This document shows positions 56,801 through 64,000 of a stretch of 64,000 nucleotides of DNA, piece by piece. Every line of letters begins with the position of its first letter. The stretch's first letter is position 1. The notes below the pieces were generated by a model. It saw only the letters and a list, made by a program, of their open reading frames with translations, had not been told where the DNA came from and ran no database searches. The position numbers were made by a program, and so were the translations under genes. This stretch comes from Balanoglossus misakiensis (Eukaryota > Animalia > Hemichordata). The stretch spans positions 3,136,760 through 3,200,759 of the forward strand of contig CM082576.2 of NCBI GenBank assembly GCA_040954595.2, written 5' to 3'.

Positions 56801-59800
56801 ATTTACAAGAGATAGTTATATCTGATATCTCTATGAAGCCTTAGCAACGTCTCCCATTTGTGATCTATTCAATGAAAGCCATTTAAGACGAGACTGAAGG
56901 TTTCAACACGTGCGTTGGTTGATGTCGCTGGCAAGGTTCCAAATCATACCTTTTCTGTGCTTTTCTGTCAAATTTCAGCTTGTGTTCTGTCATACAATTA
57001 CCTACTTCTCTCGAATTTGTTAAATTGAAAAGTTTACAGTTAAAACTTCAACTTTAAACTGTTGCGAAATCTCTAGACTCTTTCAATTTTCTCTGAATTA
57101 GGCAGAATTTCAGCAAAATTGTACATGAAATTAAAGGGGATGAGATATTTTAAGACAAATCTATGATTTCACTGAATAATGGCATGAAATACGTGCGTCC
57201 ACTTGATATGCTATCTAATATCCTCCTTTCTCACTTGAAAAAAAAATCAATGAAATTTTGCATTTTCGTTGACTTTGACATTTCTCCTTGGCAACCGTTG
57301 CTTAGCAATTTGGATCATAGGGTATTGCATTAAGTCGCTAACCTCGGCTCATCAGAGACTATCTCCTGGCACTTCTTTTGTAGGTCATCCCTCTCTCAGT
57401 GTGACCAGATGGACCGAAACAAAATTCCCAGTCCTTGACAGATTTCTTCTCGGGCTAAACTCTGCCTTCTCGCACACACTGAGATCTCCATCTCTAATGC
57501 GACCCAGCCCAGCTCTCGCTAACCCATCAAAAAGGTTGTTCACCCATTGCTGACAGCTGTGTGTTTGCTTTTTAAAGGACAGTAGACCAGCCGCTCTGTG
57601 TACCCATACTGACATGACATATGTACAAAGATACAGGAGAATCTTCCATTAGGCCAATTCAAAGGCTAATTTATACTTTAATTGGTACACAGATGCATTA
57701 GACATATTCGTAGTGATAAAAATTGTACGGACAAACATAGCCTCTGTGTGTGTGTGTGTGATTCTGTGACATAGTGACCTATATTCAATGACAGAACAAA
57801 AGTTGGGATGAAATCTGATTATCATAATTGTGTGTCTGTTATGAAGTGATTCCCCCATATTTCAGAGAAACCTGCAAGGGTCTAATCTAATAACTTAAGT
57901 TTTACACTTTGATTGTAGATTACATATTTTTGTCCTTGAATCTCATAATTATTTCCTTCTCTATAAAAGTGCCTCTAATGAATGAGTCACAGGAAAGGCA
58001 TGAAAATTGATTTGATTTGAGTGGTATTTTGTGCTTTTTACATATGGGCGAAAAAAGCCCACTTATTCGTCCCTTTCGTGATGGCGTAAGTGTTGTTTTA
58101 TCTTAAATTGATGCAGCGGTCTTTACGTCCATTCATTGCATTCCAACAGGTTCCCTGAGTGGGCTGTAGAAATATGATGTTATTGCCTTGTGTTGATTTT
58201 TCAGTGAAATGATTTTCCTTGAAATGCAAGTGACTTCACTAAAAAGTCAGAAATGTAATAAAATTATGCAGAGATAATGAACAATTTGGCATTCTGAAAT
58301 GAAAAAAATTACCCTATGTGAATCTAGTCTGAGAGCGCCCCCTGTTGACCAAAAATAGAAATTAACTCAACAGCAAATGGACATACCTGATGAAAACAAA
58401 TTTATCTTATGTGATCTTGTCACCTGGAGAAATATAAACTGCTTGACAGCTATAACTGGATAACTTTCTCAAGTTTCTTTTACGACAGTGTCAGCCCAAT
58501 CAATGCATTGTTTGTTAGTTCCCTCTGCGGCAGGAAATTTATCTCATGAGATGTTATCTTGACTTTATCAGAAGACATTAACGACTTTTTAAAGGCCAAC
58601 TTGTTATTTACATGGTAGTTATGAGAAATCCATTTTGCGGCATTGAAAGGGCTATTTTGGTCAGACGCATCAGAAATGGAGAGCATCGCCTACCAATTAG
58701 GCGGGCAATTAGGTAGCCGACGTAAGAACATTTTCACTTTACAAGTTGCATTTTGCTGAACGATAATGGAGTTTCCTCGTCATTTTTCTTCCCCAGTCTT
58801 CACAGATCATTAACCAGGCCATGGAGGCCTTCAGAAACGGCTCAAAGTGCTTATGCCGCCTTGACGATCAGGCTGCCAGCACAGATCCAGCAGAGGACAC
58901 TGGCCACAGAAGCGAAGTCAGAGACCTTAGCAGAGGAGGAAGGATTGTTGCTTAGCGAGAGATGCGTTAAGGTACAGTGCCCACACTCATCACTTGTCTT
59001 CGTGTCGTTCGGTGGAAGTGCTTCAGTCAGTTTGAGATGGAAAAAAAGTAAGACTGGATGAGGAAAAAGATGCACTTCACGTGTAAATTTTGTGCACTAA
59101 GTGTAGTCCAGTGGGCTATCAATTTTGAAGGTCATTCAGGACACGCCATGAAACCTTTTAATCATCCTATTAAAATTTGCATATCATTTTATGTCTGAAC
59201 ATTTTATTCGTAAAATATATGTCTTCGTTTATTTGTAGCAGAATGTGTAATGTTGCCATCTGATAGGTTCCACTGTTTCTATGGTTTTAAAACAATTAGC
59301 TAAGGGTTCATCTGTTTTCTTTTTCAGAGACTAAAGGAGATCGTTTCATCAAATGAACATCTGAGGGTGTTAGTTGAAGGTGGTGGATGCTCAGGGTTTC
59401 AGTACAAATTTGAATTGGACACCACCATAGATAATGAAGAGGACCTGTAAGTTTATTCCCAATAGTAATTATTAATTACGGCAACAAGGATAGTTCTCGT
59501 GACGTGACCTGTGTCATTGTATGTAATAATTGAGAGTAAAACAATGTAGTATTTTATCAAGAAATTTTATGAAGAGCGCCCTCAGTTGTCACAACGTTTG
59601 TGAGGGTGCCCTCAGTGGCAGTATCCACCTTTGAAATACAGACACGTACAAATTAAGAACGTTCTCCAGTACAATATCATTTTCAGAAGCCAATAATTCA
59701 GTGACCGAAACTGTGATCCAGGTACTTTTCTGAAGTACTGATATTGATAGCTGAGACCAGTAGAGATTAACAAGTCCATCACCCTGCAAGTAATACCATT

Positions 59801-60042
59801 GTTGCTGCATATATTGAGATGTGCAACTAACCATTGCGTGACTTTTACCTGTCTTGTGTTAACGCAGGATATTTGAAAGTGATGGTGCCCGTGTGGTGAT
59901 TGACAAGGAGTCCTTGGAATTTCTGAAAGGTTCGACGATAGATTATCAAGAGGAACTGATCAGAGCGGCTTTCCGGGTGGTGAAGAATCCCAAGGCAGAA
60001 CACGGATGTTCCTGTGGTTCGTCGTTTTCCGTGAAGATCTGA
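53880..60042 (+). CDS. ISCA2: Iron-sulfur cluster assembly 2 homolog, mitochondrial (HesB/IscA family), 180 aa, 4 coding exons
   Basis: Exons 53880-53953, 58797-58971, 59328-59446, 59868-60042 (543 nt, phases consistent). Motifs [71 protein letters not shown]. The N-terminus ([21 protein letters not shown]...) is Arg/Ser-rich and lacks acidic residues, like a mitochondrial presequence. Exon 1 is less certain than exons 3-4. Confidence 0.93.
54170..54333. mobile_element. Probable non-autonomous Tc1/mariner-pogo-type MITE remnant in ISCA2 intron 1
   Basis: Inverted ends CTGTCTAAAC ... GTTTAGACAG, right terminus ...GTATTACTG|TA (CAGT-type TIR with TA), and internal sub-repeats cggtttgtagagg / cggtttatagaag / cggtatagacagg. 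The left end appears eroded next to a (CA)n run. Confidence 0.5.
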
Positions 60043-62543
60043 TACGCGCAAGTTGACATGCACGCACAAGCTCCAGATGTGGATGCATGCTCCAGTTTCA
60101 TCATTCTCTCTAAAGATCTGTAGTTTGGAATCTACCCCTGTTGTATCAATCTGAACACCTGAACTGACTTCAGACCACAGCGATTGCGTAACATCATGTG
60201 TCTCTGAAATTTGACCATCTTGCAGTTTAAACCACAGGCATTATAACCCTCCGTGACACGTCACACCTCTTATTTGTATTATAAGTCCACTATGCCCATG
60301 GGGTAAACCAAACTGTGATGTCAATAAGAGGTGTGTTGGAATGACTGCTTATAGGCAGACAGAATTCATGCTTTTTCAGAGATTTTTATGCAGAAAATGC
60401 CAATTACAACATTTATTTATTGTATTACACTTTTTCTTAAAGATTACGTGAAATAATATACACACAGATTTCACTCAAAAAAGTTTTTAGACCACCCAGC
60501 ATCTGTAGTTTGCAGTGGAAACAGCATTGAAAAGGCGGTGTTTTTCCATATATTTTATGAAATGTATAATCATCAAGCTTTACCGTGGTTATTTACAATT
60601 TTAAAAACAGCAACACCGTGGTTTCTTATGATTTTGAATACCAGCTATCAAAATATTACACAGAATCAGTAAGTCACTTCATTCAGTCAACTCATCAAGT
60701 CTTTATCACCATCTCTGTGATTTTCACTTCAATGAAAAGATACTGCTCTCTTTTGTAAATTATTGTAAATAATTCTACAGGTTTAGAATTTTATTTGGAT
60801 TGTAAGTGGTGTTCATGTAATGAATTCTCCCCAGTGCTGTATAGATACCACTTATGTATGCTCTTAGCCCAGCCCCAGCTATGATATTTATTAAAAGATT
60901 TCCCTGCAATAGTTAAACTGCTATACTCAACCCAATAAATGCACAATGATTTTCATGGAGAGACTTGGGGATTGTTTCTGTAATAGATGATAGAAAGCCT
61001 TGCTATAAAACAATGTACCAAATCAGTGGATCACTTTTCCTGTTGTTTCATGCATAGGTGTGGGTTGTTGTAAATTCATTAAGATATTTTATAATAAATC
61101 TGTGTGTGATTTTCTGAAATCTGTTGCCAGTTTGTTTATTACCCATCTTCATGTTGTGGAAGCAGTCATGATCCTGACTACTGAGTTGCTTTTAGTGTTC
61201 CTAAACAATTTATTTCTCCAACATAATTAATACAAAATATCTACAAAATAATTCAAGTCAAAATACCTAGTACAAAAAGCACAACAAACAGTTTTAGCCC
61301 ATTTCACACTCTCTTCGTTTTACCTGCCAAAACGTAACTGTCAAACTTTCACCAGAGAGAAAATATAAAGATCAATCATTCAGGAGATGGCCAGCTTTTG
61401 TTAAAAATACATATTTCTGCTTCAGTTGTGATACTACAGTTACAGCACAATATTGCCGGGCTTAAAATTTACCAGTTAATGCAAAGAGAAATCAAATAAC
61501 ACAAAGATTAGAGTCTTATTTTCCACGTTTCTGCAACAACCTCGTGCCCGTTTTTTGTAGATGTAATGTTGCAGTGTTTAATTGCTTGTGGGCAAACTTC
61601 AGTGCTCTTGAATATCTTGTGTTCTAATGTGGTATGCACGAATTTTATTGCCACTGGATTAAGTTTCAGTTTTTGCTTTGAAAGAAGGTTTACGATTGTT
61701 AGAAAGTCTCCCACCTTTGCCCATAGTACTTCGAGAGATAGGCCTACATTCTAAGTAGACCACTTTGAGCTTGTGGCATCGATTCTGAACATCATTGCAG
61801 TCGGGTATTTATATAAGTTTACCACATTTACACATATTTATCAATGACATGCTTACTTAAAATAAAAATTAACTACTTTAAAAAGTATCACACGTACTTT
61901 TAAGTTTATTAAATGCGAACATGGTTTTGCGACGTTGTTTGCAAGACAAACTAAGAGGTGACTAAACGCCTCATCTCCCCATGTGATTTTTTATGTTTCC
62001 TGAAAACTGGGAGGTTGGCCTAGCAGCAGTAGAAGCCTTCCCACGGCCCACTGCTAAATTTGGTAACTACCCCCGGTAACTACCGGTACTTGTGTCAGAC
62101 AAGGACTTTTGCGAAGCCTTTTTAAAAGGGGCGTTTCTCGCGTGTTTTTGGTGGACGTACAAGGGTGTTTGTCTTATTTGTCGTTAGATAACGTTTTCTC
62201 GTTTCAGTACAGCTAAGTATTATACACTAGGTTTAAGTGAGGTTACTGGGTGAGTCAGAAGTAGACACAAGCCAGACCACAGTCCCGAAATATCTTTAAC
62301 TTTTTCGAACTGCGGCGCGACATTCTGCTTTTGTGATAAAGTTTCTAAGTTCAGTCACGTGATCATAGTTAACCTTCAGTGCAACATGGCGTAAAGGGGG
62401 TGGAGCTGGCTGGCTGCTTATTTCTGTATGAATTAAGTTCCAAAAAAGTTGCGTGGCGTCAACAGAAAGATGAAGAAACCTTCGATTATTTGACGCATGA
62501 TCGTCGTCGAAAGAGAAGAGATTCTTTCAGTAACATACAGAAG

Positions 62544-63731
62544 ATGTCGACTTCAAACGGAGGCGTTGGAAACGGGCCTCTGGAGTCACCCGGGAGCCGA
62601 GAACCAGAGGACCAAACTCAAAGTCCGACAAGTCTGAGACAAACTTCGATAGATGAACTGATCGTTCACGAAGACAACATTTCAGACAGCGGGCTCGGAA
62701 ATCTCGAAATACGCGAGAGATCTGTAACTTTTCACAGAGACTCTGAGTCCATTTACATAAATTTGGTGAGAGCCGAAGAGCGGACAGACGAGACCCCCAT
62801 AACGCAACTGGTATGTCAACTCTCCCCATTACAAAACCCTATCTCGTTGACACTGATAGCAGATTGGCACTTTGATTTTGCGAGAGAAAAATAAACACAC
62901 TTTATTTATATTTAAACGTACGGCGCGTCACATATATTATTTACCACGATTTTGCTGTTGCTAAGTATTTTTTTTTCGAGTCGGAATCTCCTCTCAGTCT
63001 CACGTTAGAGTTTCCCATTTTTAATGGCTCATAAAACTTGTTTTTACTAAATTTCACAGGATATTTATTACCTTTGAAACATTTAAGTGGAGCCCATGTA
63101 CAATCTAAATTCTTCTTTGTTACAGTGTGAGGCTATGATACAATTTGCCCATTATATTACATACGCATGCTTATTATAAGAAAAAAGCTATGCTGAAACC
63201 GACATCTATTCATCAATGGGGACTGGGTCATTGACAATGACTTTGTGTGAGAAGTTATACAATGCATGATTTGCATAAATACTAAAACTTACAGGCTGTA
63301 CATAGCTTGATGACATAACTGCAAGAAATTTAATACATGCCATGAAATGTTTAACAATTTTTACCCGTATACAGTAGAGCTATGATTTGGCATATTTCTG
63401 TTGGGATAATAAAAGGGGAGTAACTTGTCCAAACTACCAAAATAATGCTTGTACAATGTTCCTTGTTTCAGATAAACTGAACTAAATAAAGTGTACTTTT
63501 TCAACAAATTGTCAGAACAAACTATCAGGTTTGAATTTAAATTCTTTAAATGATGCTACAATGGTGCAAAAAGTACACACTAAATATTTGTTCATTTTAC
63601 ATTTTAGGTTTTCAAAATTGTACCATAACTTTGTGATTTATTTTGCAGGATTTAATATTGGCTGCCACTCTTGTTACAGATGCTAAACATTCCCGTCATG
63701 GACATTTCAGACATGAGGAGAGAGAACTTGG
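62544..63731 (+). CDS. 5' coding exons of a probable two-pore channel (TPC3-like); gene continues beyond the window
   Basis: Exon 62544-62810 (MSTSNGGVGNGPLESPGS...DETPITQL|gtatgt) splices in phase to exon 63649-63731 (DLILAATLVTDAKHSRHGHFRHEERELG|gtaagt). The L.LAATLV.DA..R segment resembles the conserved pre-S1 helix of TPC2/TPC3 channels as recalled. No transmembrane exons are in the window to confirm. Confidence 0.6.
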
Positions 63732-64000
63732 GTAAGTATCTTACTTCCGACAAATTCTGAGTGTGAGAACAGCTATATGTATACACTGTGTCTCTCTCTT
63801 TCTGTCTGTCTGTCTATGTGTATGTATATGTGTCTGTCTGTCTGTCTGTCCACATGGTGCAGTGTGTCTGTTGTGCTATGTATTCCATAATCATGATGGG
63901 TGACACCATGACTTCGAATAGACAGCATTGTAAACAAAACTGTATTTTCTTAGTTCTTTTGGTAATGGCACACTTTAATGGCATGCTTGAACTTTGACCT

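Noticed and set aside
57570-57980. TTAA-AGG starts suggesting Kolobok/piggyBac-type non-autonomous elements (also ~2870, 10943, 35020, 35641)
   Set aside because: Could not identify matching inverted termini with a TTAA duplication by eye.
60505-60530. Possible iron-responsive element (CAGTGG) in the ISCA2 3' UTR
   Set aside because: Lacks the 5-bp upper stem closing a 6-nt loop and the bulged C of a canonical IRE.

Overview
Eukaryotic (animal) genomic DNA, AT-rich, with spliceosomal GT-AG introns, microsatellites and a mosaic CpG pattern typical of an invertebrate bilaterian; the species cannot be determined from the sequence. Five protein-coding loci can be reconstructed by hand. (1) An intronless 636-aa minus-strand ORF (7099-9009) with a SARM1/TIR_2-like TIR domain whose predicted catalytic Glu is replaced by His, preceded by six perfect CRE palindromes and kB-like sites. 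(2) A 4-exon NCBP2AS2 homolog (18053-19113, minus, 105 aa) that the ORF track misses. (3) A novel, calcium-independent, epsilon/eta-type protein kinase C (25975-53424, minus) with two phase-matched, apparently mutually exclusive hinge exons. (4) ISCA2 (53880-60042, plus, 180 aa), head-to-head with the PKC. (5) The first two coding exons of a probable two-pore channel (TPC3-like), which runs off the right edge. No rRNA, tRNA, CRISPR or autonomous transposon was recognised. The best candidates for new biology are the predicted catalytically altered TIR gene with its CRE/kB upstream region, and the PKC hinge splicing switch. All family assignments rest on recalled motifs, not database searches.
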